Below are positions 1 through 9,120 of a stretch of 64,000 bases of DNA, piece after piece (position 1 is the stretch's first letter; every line of letters starts with the position of its first letter). Origin of the DNA: Candidatus Marinacidobacterium sp. (GTDB lineage: Bacteria; Acidobacteriota; Vicinamibacteria; Marinacidobacterales; Marinacidobacteraceae); contig OZ242011.1 in assembly GCA_965204755.1 (NCBI GenBank), positions 3,872,001-3,936,000 on the forward strand, read 5' to 3'. The notes under the pieces are model-generated. The model made no database searches, was not told where the DNA came from, and was given only the letters and a program-made list of their open reading frames with translations. Made by a program: the position numbers and the translations under genes.

Positions 1-4
1 GTCG

Positions 5-355
5 GTGGTGCTGGTGAACATCTGGGCGACCTGGTGCCCGCCCTGCAAGGCGGAGATGCCCGAACTCGACCGGCTGGCCCGGGAGCGGGCCGCCGAGGGG
101 CTCGTGGTGTTCGGCATCTCCACCGAAGACGCGGAGACCCAGCGGGCGTTCCGGGCAAACGAAGCGCCGGTGGACTACCCGCTCCTGCTGCCCGGCGCCG
201 GCGGCCAAGCGATGCCGGACATCTACACGCAGACCGCGCGTTACCCGGCGAACTTCCTCATCGATCGGGAAGGACTCCTCCACCCGGCCCCGAGCACCGA
301 CCGCCCCTTCGCCGATCTCGAATCCGCCGTCTCCCGTTTGCTCGCCGGCGGCTGA
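5..355 (+). CDS. TlpA/ResA-family thioredoxin-like disulfide reductase (5' end probably outside the window)
   Basis: VNIWATWCPPC (CxxC) motif followed by EMPEL, and YPANFLIDREG near the C-terminus. Confidence 0.85.
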   Translation: MVLVNIWATWCPPCKAEMPELDRLARERAAEGLVVFGISTEDAETQRAFRANEAPVDYPLLLPGAGGQAMPDIYTQTARYPANFLIDREGLLHPAPSTDRPFADLESAVSRLLAGG

Positions 356-421
356 CCCCGACCGGCCCGGCCTCCCCGGGCCTCCGCGCGCGCCGCCCGC
401 CGCCGACCGGGCGGCGGAAGG

Positions 422-1885
422 TCAGTTCTCCGCGCCGAAGGAGCCGATCGCCAGGATCGCCGGGACGGAGACGCCGTTCAACTTCGCCGGGGTGTACCGG
501 CCGCGCAGGAGGGAGAGCATCGTCTGGTGGAGGCGGTTCGAACTCTGCGGGTTGAAATGGGCCGACTTCACGCGTCCGTGGTGGTCGATGAGCACCACCA
601 CCCCGTCGTTCCGGGTGGAACGCCGCGACCCCCCGCCGCCCGGCATCGGCGTCGGGGAACTGCGGAGCACCGGCGGCTCGAAGATCACGCTCGGGTCGCC
701 GCCTCGCCGCATGGCGATCAGGAAGGGCGCGAGGTCGTGCATCAGGTAGTCGAAGTCGGTGCGGAACGCGACCTCGAAGGCTTCGCCGGACTGCGCGTCG
801 TCGGCGCGGAGCGCGTAGAGGTAGCCGAGTTGGAGGTGGGCTTCGGCGTCGTCCGGACGCATGTCCAGAAGCGCCCGGTAGAGGTTCTCGGTGTCGTCGA
901 AGTCGCCGTTCAGGGAGTGCGACCGGGCGAGCAGGCGCAGCGCCCGGAGGTTCGTCGGGTCGGCGAGCAGCACCTCGCCGAGTTCCTCGATGGCGAGATC
1001 GAGGTCGCGGTTGCCCAGGTGGGCCTCGCCGACGAGGAGGCGTACTTCGTTGCGCTGGCCGTCGGAGACCGGCATGAAGGTGGAGAGCCAGTTGATCGCC
1101 TGGCGGAACTTCCCGTCTTCGATGTAGCGGCGCGCCTGCCGGATCGGGTCGTCCATGCCCACCAGCGCTTCGAGCGGCGGGTCAGCGCGCGTGGGGCGCA
1201 GCATGAAGTGGCGCTGCGGCGTGAGCGCCGCTTCGTCGAGGCTGGCGGCGAGCGCCGGGTAGGCCGAGGAGAGCCGTTCCATCGCGCTGTCGTAGTCGTC
1301 GAAGACCCGGAGTTTCTGCCCCTCGTACACCATCCCCTGCCGCTCCGGCCCGGCGTGGACGGTGCCGATGTACACCGGACGGTCGGCGGGCACCGAGATG
1401 AGCGGCCGACCGGTCTCGTGGGGGCGGGGCGAGACGGAGAACCGCTGGCGGACCGGGCGGAACCGCCGCGGGTTGAACGGGTGGATGTTCGGGAAATAGA
1501 CCGCTTCGATGGCTTCCACATCGTAGACGCCGGGAGTCACCAACTCGAAGATGAGGCCGAGGCCGTCGTCTATGGCCAGCGTCTCCGTCTTCCCGGAGTC
1601 CCGGTGGCGCATCACCACGCGCCGGGAGCGGAAGTCCGGGCTCTCGAACTTGCCGGTGAACCGGCCGATCACCAAGGAGCGCCCGTCCCGTTGCACCCGC
1701 TGCCAGACGGCATCCCGGCCGGGCAATTCGGCGGCGGCCGACCCCGCCGGAAGCGCCGCGCCGACCGCCGCGAGGAGGCCGAGGACGGCGAGGGTCAGCG
1801 GACGGCCGGGGAAGAGCGATCGGGGCGAGACGGAGGAGGGGAGGCTCACGGAATCCATCGTCTCACGGCAGCGGCGCTCGTTCAA
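422..1885 (-). CDS. Exported TPR-repeat protein with a TonB_C-like C-terminal domain
   Basis: N-terminal signal-like hydrophobic stretch; TPR-like helices (LGEAHLG...AIEELGEVL, AEAHLQLGYLY); C-terminus VVVLIDHHGRV...YTPAKLNGVSV resembles TonB_C. Start may be ATG 1858. Confidence 0.6.
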   Translation of the reverse strand: MNERRCRETMDSVSLPSSVSPRSLFPGRPLTLAVLGLLAAVGAALPAGSAAAELPGRDAVWQRVQRDGRSLVIGRFTGKFESPDFRSRRVVMRHRDSGKTETLAIDDGLGLIFELVTPGVYDVEAIEAVYFPNIHPFNPRRFRPVRQRFSVSPRPHETGRPLISVPADRPVYIGTVHAGPERQGMVYEGQKLRVFDDYDSAMERLSSAYPALAASLDEAALTPQRHFMLRPTRADPPLEALVGMDDPIRQARRYIEDGKFRQAINWLSTFMPVSDGQRNEVRLLVGEAHLGNRDLDLAIEELGEVLLADPTNLRALRLLARSHSLNGDFDDTENLYRALLDMRPDDAEAHLQLGYLYALRADDAQSGEAFEVAFRTDFDYLMHDLAPFLIAMRRGGDPSVIFEPPVLRSSPTPMPGGGGSRRSTRNDGVVVLIDHHGRVKSAHFNPQSSNRLHQTMLSLLRGRYTPAKLNGVSVPAILAIGSFGAEN

Positions 1886-1952
1886 ATGGCGTCGGCTGCG
1901 GTCGGCAGCGGTCGGCGCCGGCGAGGAGCGACTCCCGACCCGGAGACGCCCC

Positions 1953-3386
1953 TCAACACCCGGAGGGCGCCGTGAGGGCGCGGAGGCGGCGGAGCGCGGC
2001 GCGGGCGCGGTCGGCGAAGGCGGTGTCTTCGTCGCCGGCGGCCTCGGTGAGCGCGGGGATCGCGGCCGGATCGCCGATCCGTTCGAGGAGTTCGACCAGC
2101 CGCAGGCGGAGGTCGCGGTCCGGGTCCTCCCGGAGGTATCTCCCGTATTCGGGGATCAGCGGGGCGCCGAGTTCGAGCGCGTACTGGCGCGCCGCTTCGC
2201 CCAGGAACCGGTGGTCGAGCGAGAGGACGATCCGGTCCACGAACGGCGTCCGGCCCAGGCGGACGAGCGAAAAGGCGAACGCCAACTGGACGCGGCTGTC
2301 GTCCTCCCTCAGGAAATCGCGGATCAATCCGTCGGCCAGCGAGGGGTCGTCCAGCCGGCCGAGGCCCTCCGCCGCGAACTCCCGGCGCTTGGCCTCGCGG
2401 TGGCCCAACTCGTAGTAGAAGGTGCCCCGGGCGCCGTCGAAACCGATCCGCGCGAGGCCTTCGAGGGCGTCCCTGCCGAGACCGCTGTCCGGGCGTTCGT
2501 CGTAGATCGCGAGGAGGGCTGCCCCCGCCGGGGCGTAGGCCATGCGGCCGAGCGCGCGCACCGCTTCGGCGCGGCTGTCCCCGGCGTCCCGGTCGGGGAG
2601 GAAGGTCAACAGCGCCTCGCCGGCGCCCGGGGTGGCGATCCTCCCCAGGGCCCGGACCGCCTCCCGCCGCACCTCGGCCTCGCTGTCGATGCGCGCCGCG
2701 TCCGCGAGCGCCGAGATCGCGTTTGCCGTGGCGGACGGGCCGGCCGCGCCTTCGACATCGGCAGCGGCCCCGGCGCCGGCGCCGTCCGCGTCCCCGGCGC
2801 CGGCCCCGGCGCGAAGCGCGCCGAGCGCCTCCACCGCCGTTTCGCGCACCGACCGCTCGTCGTCGGTCAGCCGCTCGACGATCGCCGCCACTACTTCCCC
2901 GCTCACCGGCCGCAGCGGGTCGAGGACGAACTCGTGTTCCTGGCGCAGAAGCCAGTTCACCGCCCGGGTTCCGCCTCCGGGGCGCCCCGAGAGCCCATGC
3001 ATCTCGACGAGGCCGCGAATGGCGTCCCGCCGGTTGTCCCGCTCGGCGTCGGCGAGGAAGGCGATCAGGCCGGGAGCGGCGCCCGGGCGGCGGAGCGAGA
3101 GGAGCGCCTCGAGCACGGCGCGCCGGACTCGGGGGTGCTGGTCCGCCGCCGCGGCGGCGTTCAGGCCGGCGACGGCGTCCGGCCCGCCGTGGCGCGCGAG
3201 TTCCGACGCCGCGCCGCGCCGGGTGTTCGCGTCCGCGCTCTCCAGCCGGGCGAGCGACTCCTCCACCGTCGGCTGCGCGAAGCCGGCCCCGGCCGCCGCG
3301 GCGAGCGCGAGCGCCAGCCGGCCCGCCAGCCCGCCGAAGAGGCGGAGGCCTCCACGCCGGCGCGCCGGCGAACCGCAGCGGAGCAC
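1953..3386 (-). CDS. Exported HEAT-repeat protein
   Basis: Repeated VRxxAxxALG helices (VRETAVEALG, VRREAVRALG, RAEAVRALG) and a signal-like N-terminus. Confidence 0.8.
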   Translation of the reverse strand: MLRCGSPARRRGGLRLFGGLAGRLALALAAAAGAGFAQPTVEESLARLESADANTRRGAASELARHGGPDAVAGLNAAAAADQHPRVRRAVLEALLSLRRPGAAPGLIAFLADAERDNRRDAIRGLVEMHGLSGRPGGGTRAVNWLLRQEHEFVLDPLRPVSGEVVAAIVERLTDDERSVRETAVEALGALRAGAGAGDADGAGAGAAADVEGAAGPSATANAISALADAARIDSEAEVRREAVRALGRIATPGAGEALLTFLPDRDAGDSRAEAVRALGRMAYAPAGAALLAIYDERPDSGLGRDALEGLARIGFDGARGTFYYELGHREAKRREFAAEGLGRLDDPSLADGLIRDFLREDDSRVQLAFAFSLVRLGRTPFVDRIVLSLDHRFLGEAARQYALELGAPLIPEYGRYLREDPDRDLRLRLVELLERIGDPAAIPALTEAAGDEDTAFADRARAALRRLRALTAPSGC

Positions 3387-3427
3387 CCTGCCGAGTCCGC
3401 CGAGCGTCTCGAACGCCGGGAGCGGGC

Positions 3428-5140
3428 CTATCGCCCGGCGGGCCCGGCGGTGGTCTCGGCCAGGAACGCCTCGGGGTCCTCGATGAGGAGAGCCGCCTTC
3501 GGCATCGCCGCCAGCGCGGCGTTCACCTGCCGGTCGCGGCCGATAGTGGCCATGCGGGACGCCGCCGGGCCCCAGAGGAGGCTGAAGACCTCCCCGTCGA
3601 TCCGGAGCGCGACCTGCGCTTCCACCGCGGCGAGTTCCTCCGGGTCCTCCGGCGACTCGTGGGGGATGCCCTCTTCCTCTAGGAACGCGAAGAACTCTTC
3701 GATCGTGGCGCGGTCGGTCCGGAAGGTCTGGTCCACCGCCCGGACGAGGTCGCCGCGCGCCTGGATCTCGTCCGGGCGGGTGCCGGCCCCGTCCACCGCG
3801 CCGCGGCCGTCGGCGGGGACGAACCGGGTCGCGAAGCGGAAGAACGCGCCGTGCTGCTCCATCCGGACGAGCGCCTCCGGCAGGTCCGGGGACTCGCTGG
3901 GGATGTCCGGGGCGATCCCGCCGCCGCCCTCGATCTCGCGCCCGAGCCGGGTGCGCACGAGCGTCCCGGCCTCGTCGTTGCTGTCCCGCTCGCCGCGGCC
4001 GCGGTAGTAGTCGAGGAAGTCACCGCTGTCGTAGTCGCGCTGGAGCCGGCGCCCGCTGGGCGTGAAGTACTGGGCGGAGGTCAGGCCCAGCGCGTATCCG
4101 TGCGGCAACTGGTAAACCGACTGCACGAGGCCCTTGCCGTAGGTGTTCTCGCCCAGGATGAGTCCCCGGTCGTGATCCTGCACCGCGCCGGCGACGATCT
4201 CGGAGGCCGAGGCGCTCTCCCGCGAGACGATCACGATGAGCGGCAGGTCCGCGTGGGGACTCGGCTCCTCGGCGAGGAAGACCTGGTTCTGCCGGGCGTC
4301 GCGACCGCGGATGGACACGACCTCTTCGCCCTGCTTCAGGAAGACATTGGAGACGGCGATCGCCTGGTTCAGCAGGCCGCCCGGGTTGTGGCGGAGGTCG
4401 AGGATGAGCCGGGCGGCGCCTTCGAGGCGGAGTTCCACGATGGCTTCGCGCAGTTCCTCGCGGGTGTTCTCGTTGAAGTCGGAAACGCGGACATACCCCG
4501 ACTTCCCCCCGCCCCCGGGCTCGTCGAGCGTGAAGTAGTAAGGGACGCTGCGCAGCGGGATGCGGTCGCGGATGACCGTGAAGTCGAGCGGCGCGTCGTA
4601 GCCGGGCCGGGTGATCGTGATGCTCACCGGGGTGCCGCGCGGCCCGCGCAGGAGCGAGACCGCTTGGTCCATGTCGTACTGGGTGGCGTCTTCGCCCTCG
4701 ATCCGGCTGATCACATCGCCGGCCCGGATGCCGAGCCGGTAGGCCGGCGTGCCTTCGAACGGGGAGACGACGGTGAGCAGGCCGCCGCGCTGCTGCACCC
4801 GGATGCCGAGCCCCACATATTCGCCCTGTTGGCGCTCGCGCATCTGGCGGTAGGTCCGCGGCACGAACAGGTTCGAGTGCGGGTCGAGCCGGGAGAGCAT
4901 CCCGGCGACGGTGGCGCGGGCCAAGGTCTCCGGCGGGACCTCGCGGCCGTACCCGGTCTCGATGTGCCACATGACATTCATGTAGCGCTGGAGGAGCGCC
5001 TTCGAGCCGTCGCCCTCCGGCCCCTCCGCCGGCGGGGCCGCCAGGACCGCGCCGGCGATCGCCGTTCCGGCGGCGACCGGCAGGAGGATCGAGAGGAGTC
5101 CGGAAACGATCCGCCCCCGCGTTTCCGTCATCGGCAGCAT
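3428..5140 (-). CDS. ctpA: Carboxyl-terminal processing protease, S41 family
   Basis: LDPHS, PDZ GLGI, DLRHNPGG, SASASE catalytic Ser, GKGLVQ. Confidence 0.92.
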   Translation of the reverse strand: MLPMTETRGRIVSGLLSILLPVAAGTAIAGAVLAAPPAEGPEGDGSKALLQRYMNVMWHIETGYGREVPPETLARATVAGMLSRLDPHSNLFVPRTYRQMRERQQGEYVGLGIRVQQRGGLLTVVSPFEGTPAYRLGIRAGDVISRIEGEDATQYDMDQAVSLLRGPRGTPVSITITRPGYDAPLDFTVIRDRIPLRSVPYYFTLDEPGGGGKSGYVRVSDFNENTREELREAIVELRLEGAARLILDLRHNPGGLLNQAIAVSNVFLKQGEEVVSIRGRDARQNQVFLAEEPSPHADLPLIVIVSRESASASEIVAGAVQDHDRGLILGENTYGKGLVQSVYQLPHGYALGLTSAQYFTPSGRRLQRDYDSGDFLDYYRGRGERDSNDEAGTLVRTRLGREIEGGGGIAPDIPSESPDLPEALVRMEQHGAFFRFATRFVPADGRGAVDGAGTRPDEIQARGDLVRAVDQTFRTDRATIEEFFAFLEEEGIPHESPEDPEELAAVEAQVALRIDGEVFSLLWGPAASRMATIGRDRQVNAALAAMPKAALLIEDPEAFLAETTAGPAGR

Positions 5141-5182
5141 CCTAACAGCCGGGGGGCCGATTTCCGCCGGGCGCCCCGGGCG

Positions 5183-6019
5183 TCAATCCCGGTCTCCGGC
5201 GCCCGATTCCGGGCCGCCCGCCGCGTCTTCCTCGACATCGCCGGCGGGCGCCCGGCGGCCCCGCATCCGGTTGCCGAACCACGCGATGCCGATGGAGAGG
5301 GCGTAGAGGGCGATCATCGGCCCGGCCAGGATGATCTGGGTGGTGGGGTCGGGCGGAGTCAGCAGGGCGGCGAGGACGAAACTGCCGAGGAGCGCGTACT
5401 TGAAGTAGCGGACCATCCCCCGGGCGGTGATGACCCCGAGCCGGGAGAGGAGGAGCGTGAGGGTCGGGATCTGGAAGACGAACGCCGTGCCCAGGACCAG
5501 CCGGGCGTAGAAACTGAACACCTCCGACACCCGGTAGCGGATCTGGATGTCCTCGCCGCCCCCGCCGAAGGTGCCGAGGAACTCCGCCGCCGCCGGAAAC
5601 AGGACATAGTGGCAAAACGCCGCGCCGGAGACGAAGAAGACGGACCCGACCAGGATGAAGGGGACCGCCAGCCGGCGCTCGTGGCGGTAGAGGCCGGGCG
5701 CGACGAATCCCCAGAGTTGCCCGAGCCAGGCCGGCGTCGAGATGACGAGGGCCACCAGCAGGCTCATCTTCAGGCCGAGGACGAAGATCTCCGGCGGCGT
5801 GGTGGCGATCAGTTCGCCGCCCAGCGGCTCGATGACTTCCCGGAGCGGCTGCATCAGGAAGTTGAAGATGCGCTGGTAGAAGAAGAAACACCCGACGAAG
5901 ACGACGAGCACCGCGAGCACGGCGCGCACGAGCCGCCGCCGCAGTTCGTCGAGGTGCTCGAGGAAGGTCATCCGGTCGGCGGCGGGAGCGGCGGCGGCGC
6001 TCGCTTCGTCCGGCGTCAC
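5183..6019 (-). CDS. tatC: Twin-arginine translocase subunit TatC
   Basis: MTFLEHLDELRRRL, FVAPGLY, FQIP, AALLTPPD. Confidence 0.95.
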   Translation of the reverse strand: MTPDEASAAAAPAADRMTFLEHLDELRRRLVRAVLAVLVVFVGCFFFYQRIFNFLMQPLREVIEPLGGELIATTPPEIFVLGLKMSLLVALVISTPAWLGQLWGFVAPGLYRHERRLAVPFILVGSVFFVSGAAFCHYVLFPAAAEFLGTFGGGGEDIQIRYRVSEVFSFYARLVLGTAFVFQIPTLTLLLSRLGVITARGMVRYFKYALLGSFVLAALLTPPDPTTQIILAGPMIALYALSIGIAWFGNRMRGRRAPAGDVEEDAAGGPESGAGDRD

Positions 6020-6182
6020 TTCGGGCTTCTCACTTCCGGAGGGTCATTCCGGGTCGGCCGCGTCCGGTTGGCGGATCGGCGCGAACCGGCGCGTCCGCCG
6101 CGTCCGGCATTCCCGGAGGGGGAGTCGCCGGCGTAAACCGGTGAGACTCCGGAGGAGACCGGCCGACCCGTCCCTCCGGGGA

Positions 6183-6767
6183 TCATCCGCCGGCGGCGTT
6201 CGGTTCGGTTTCCCGATCGGGAGGCGCCCCGGCGCCGGCGCCCGCGGCTTCCTTCGGGTCCCGGAGATCCCCGGAGACGCCTTCGGTCTCGCTCCCGGCG
6301 GCGTCGGCGCCCTCCGGCGCGGCGTCGTCCCCGGACCCGCCGGGATCGTCCGCGGCTTCGCCCGGATCGGCCTCTTCGTCCGGCGGAGTGTCCCTCGCCC
6401 CGCCCGGCGCGGAAGGATCCCCGGCTTTCGGGGCCCCGGCTTTCGGGGGCTCGGCCTTCGGGCCCCCGGCCTTCGGCGCGCCGGCGCCCTCCGCGCTTCG
6501 GCGCGCCGCGGGCGGAGCGCCTCCGGTCGGGTCGAGCCCTCCACCGAGGTCCCGGCCCAGGCCGCTGACCTCGTCGCGCGCCGAGCGGAATTCCTCCATC
6601 TCGACCTCCCGCTCCAGAGTGTTCCGGAGTTCCGTGCTCGTGCGCCGGAACTCGGCGAGGCTCTTGCCCAGCGTCTTCCCGATCTGCGGCAGTTTGCGCG
6701 GCCCGAACACGATGAGCGCCACCACCATGATGATCAGCATCTCCTGCATGCCGAGCGGGCCGATCAT
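6183..6767 (-). CDS. TatA/TatB-family subunit with a long low-complexity tail
   Basis: MIGPLGMQEMLIIMVVALIVFGPRKLPQIGKTLGKSLAEFRR; adjacent to tatC; start set at ATG 6767. Confidence 0.9.
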   Translation of the reverse strand: MIGPLGMQEMLIIMVVALIVFGPRKLPQIGKTLGKSLAEFRRTSTELRNTLEREVEMEEFRSARDEVSGLGRDLGGGLDPTGGAPPAARRSAEGAGAPKAGGPKAEPPKAGAPKAGDPSAPGGARDTPPDEEADPGEAADDPGGSGDDAAPEGADAAGSETEGVSGDLRDPKEAAGAGAGAPPDRETEPNAAGG

Positions 6768-6918
6768 CAGCGGCGGGAACGGGAGGGCCGGCACGGCGGG
6801 AAACGATAACTTGGCGGCTCGCCGGGGACGCGCCGCCGGTCGGGGGCGCGGCGAGCGGCGGCGAGCGCGGCTCCGCGCCGCCGGGCCCGCCTCCTTCCGA
6901 ACGGGGACAATCCCGGCG

Positions 6919-7695
6919 ATGGCGAGTCCCGGATGCGCGGCCCCCGAAGCCGTGCGCCGCGCGCCGGGGGCGATCCGGCGCATGTTCGAGGCGGTGGCGC
7001 CGGGCTACGACCGGCTGAACCGGATGCTCAGCCTCGGCCTCGACCGGGGCTGGCGGAAGCAGGCGCTCGCCGACCTGGATTCCGCCCCCGGGGAGCGGGT
7101 GCTCGACCTCTGCTCCGGCACCGGCGATCTCGCGCTCCTGTTGCCGGACTCCGTCTCCGTCGTCGCCTGCGACTTCACCCCGGCGATGCTGGAGATCGCC
7201 GGGCGGAAGGCGGCGGCCCGGCGGGTCTCCCTGCCTCGCGCCGCCGGGGACGCGCAGCGGCTCCCGTTTCGGTCCGGGGCGTTTCGGCGCGTGGTCATCG
7301 GGTTCGGAGTGCGGAACTTCGCGGACCCGGCCGAGGCCTTCCGGGAAGTGCGCCGCGTCCTCGCGCCCGGCGGAAGGCTGGTGGTGCTCGAGTTCTCCCG
7401 GCCCCCCCGCCGGGTCTTCCGCCTCGGCCACCGCCTGTGGCTCCGGTTCGCCGTGCCCGGTCTGGCGGGCGTAGCGGCGGCGGCTTCGGGGGGCGCCGGG
7501 CCCTACCGCTATCTCCGGGACTCGATCTTCGACTTCCCCGACCCGGAGGAAGTCGCCGGAGGCCTCGCCGCCGGCGGGTTCGCCCCGGTGCGGTTCCGCT
7601 ACCTCTCGCTCGGGACGGTCGCGCTCCACATCGCCGATGTTCCCGGCGACTCCGGCGCCGCGGCGGAGCCGCCGGACGCTACCAGGGGAGTTTGA
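6919..7695 (+). CDS. ubiE: UbiE/MenG-family quinone C-methyltransferase
   Basis: MFEAVAPGYDRLNRMLSLGLD, VLDLCSGTGD, FGVRN, RVLAPGG, YRYLRDSI. Confidence 0.88.
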   Translation: MASPGCAAPEAVRRAPGAIRRMFEAVAPGYDRLNRMLSLGLDRGWRKQALADLDSAPGERVLDLCSGTGDLALLLPDSVSVVACDFTPAMLEIAGRKAAARRVSLPRAAGDAQRLPFRSGAFRRVVIGFGVRNFADPAEAFREVRRVLAPGGRLVVLEFSRPPRRVFRLGHRLWLRFAVPGLAGVAAAASGGAGPYRYLRDSIFDFPDPEEVAGGLAAGGFAPVRFRYLSLGTVALHIADVPGDSGAAAEPPDATRGV

Positions 7696-9118
7696 CGAAG
7701 CGGAGCGGGCCGATCTTCGGGATCTCCGTCGGGAGGGAGTGCAATTGCATCTGCTCTTCCCACGCGCGCCGCTCCACCCCGGCGGCGGCGACCGCGAGGC
7801 CGACCCGGCGCCGGTAGGTGCGGGTCAGGAAGCGCTCGCCGGGGGCGCCGCCGAGCCCCGAGCCGGGGAAGGTTCCGGCGGTGGAGCGGACGCGGATCGC
7901 GATCTCCACGCCCCTCACGATGTGGGCGCCGAGTTGCGCGGCGGTCCGCATGTCGCCGACGAAGCCGGGCGGTTCGTCGAGGAGGGCGTCGGCGTTCGCG
8001 CCGGTCACATAGCGGATCTGCAGGTCCTCCACGAAGCCGGCCGGCTGGGAAGGCAGTTCGTCCACCCGCCGCATGAGCACCCGCCGCGGGTCGGCGCCGC
8101 CGCCGCGGGGTTCGCGCACCCAGTAGCGGATCCGGGAGACCGGGACGATGCCGGGCCGCCCCAGGCCGAAGAGGCCGAAGCCTTCCCCTTCTCCCGCCCC
8201 GGCCCCGCTCCCGCCCTTGCCTTTTCCTCCTTTGCTCCCGCCGACCTTGGTCGACAGCGCCTCGAGCATCGAGCCGACCGCCTTCCCGGTGAGGTCGGAG
8301 ACGATCGGCGTCCCGGCTGACGGAAGCGCCGCGTCGATCACGCCGCCCAGCAGGCTCTGGAGCCCGCGCTCCAGCAGGCCCCCGCCGCTGCCGGGAGAGA
8401 AGGTGTCCGCGTCCACCGTCGCCCGGAAGCGGCTGTGCCAGGCGCCGGTCTCCGGGGCGATGGTGATCCGCGCCCCGGTCGGGGCGTCCTGCTTCGGCGG
8501 GGGCTGCTTCGGGCCGCTCCCGCCGGGCGTCCCCGTCCCTCCCGGTTTCGGGAGCGAACCGGTGATCTTGCCGAGGCCGCCGCCGCCCCCGGCGGAGACG
8601 CCCCGCACGCGGCCGAAGACCCAGCGCGGGGTCATCTCGTCGTCGTTGAAGACGACCACCCAGAGCGCGCGGTTCTCGTCCGCCGGGCGCGCGAGCCGCG
8701 AGGCCGGGGTCTCCAGCGTGACCGTCCGGCCGTCGAAGGCGGTCACCGGCTCGAAGGCCGCCTCGACCACCCGCTCCGGGGAGGCGAGGAAGTCCAGCCC
8801 GTCGGCGGCGCCGCCCCCTGACCCGCCGCCGTTCCCCGCCGGGCCGATGTCGCTGAACACCGGGATCTCCACCGGGAGCCCGGAGCCGGCGCGGGCCACA
8901 TCGAGCGCGATCCGGTCGAGCACCGCCTCCCCGTCCTGCCGCATGGCGGCCAGTTCCGGTTCGGTGCGGAAGGACGCGCGGCCCTGCCGCAGGATCTGCA
9001 GGAAGCCGGCGGTGATGCCCAGGGTGAGGCCCATGGCCACGATGGCCTCGGCGAGCGTGAATCCGGCGCCGCGCGGGCCGGGAGGGAGGGCGCGCGCCGC
9101 GCCGGGTTCCGCGGGCAT
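7679..9118 (-). CDS. PilW-like minor pilin (large)
   Basis: Prepilin site G|FTLAEAIVAMG, IALDVARAG, C-terminal VEDLQIRY...VRGVEIAIRVRS typical of PilW; start ATG 9118. Confidence 0.7.
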   Translation of the reverse strand: MPAEPGAARALPPGPRGAGFTLAEAIVAMGLTLGITAGFLQILRQGRASFRTEPELAAMRQDGEAVLDRIALDVARAGSGLPVEIPVFSDIGPAGNGGGSGGGAADGLDFLASPERVVEAAFEPVTAFDGRTVTLETPASRLARPADENRALWVVVFNDDEMTPRWVFGRVRGVSAGGGGGLGKITGSLPKPGGTGTPGGSGPKQPPPKQDAPTGARITIAPETGAWHSRFRATVDADTFSPGSGGGLLERGLQSLLGGVIDAALPSAGTPIVSDLTGKAVGSMLEALSTKVGGSKGGKGKGGSGAGAGEGEGFGLFGLGRPGIVPVSRIRYWVREPRGGGADPRRVLMRRVDELPSQPAGFVEDLQIRYVTGANADALLDEPPGFVGDMRTAAQLGAHIVRGVEIAIRVRSTAGTFPGSGLGGAPGERFLTRTYRRRVGLAVAAAGVERRAWEEQMQLHSLPTEIPKIGPLRFVKLPW

Positions 9119-9120
9119 CG

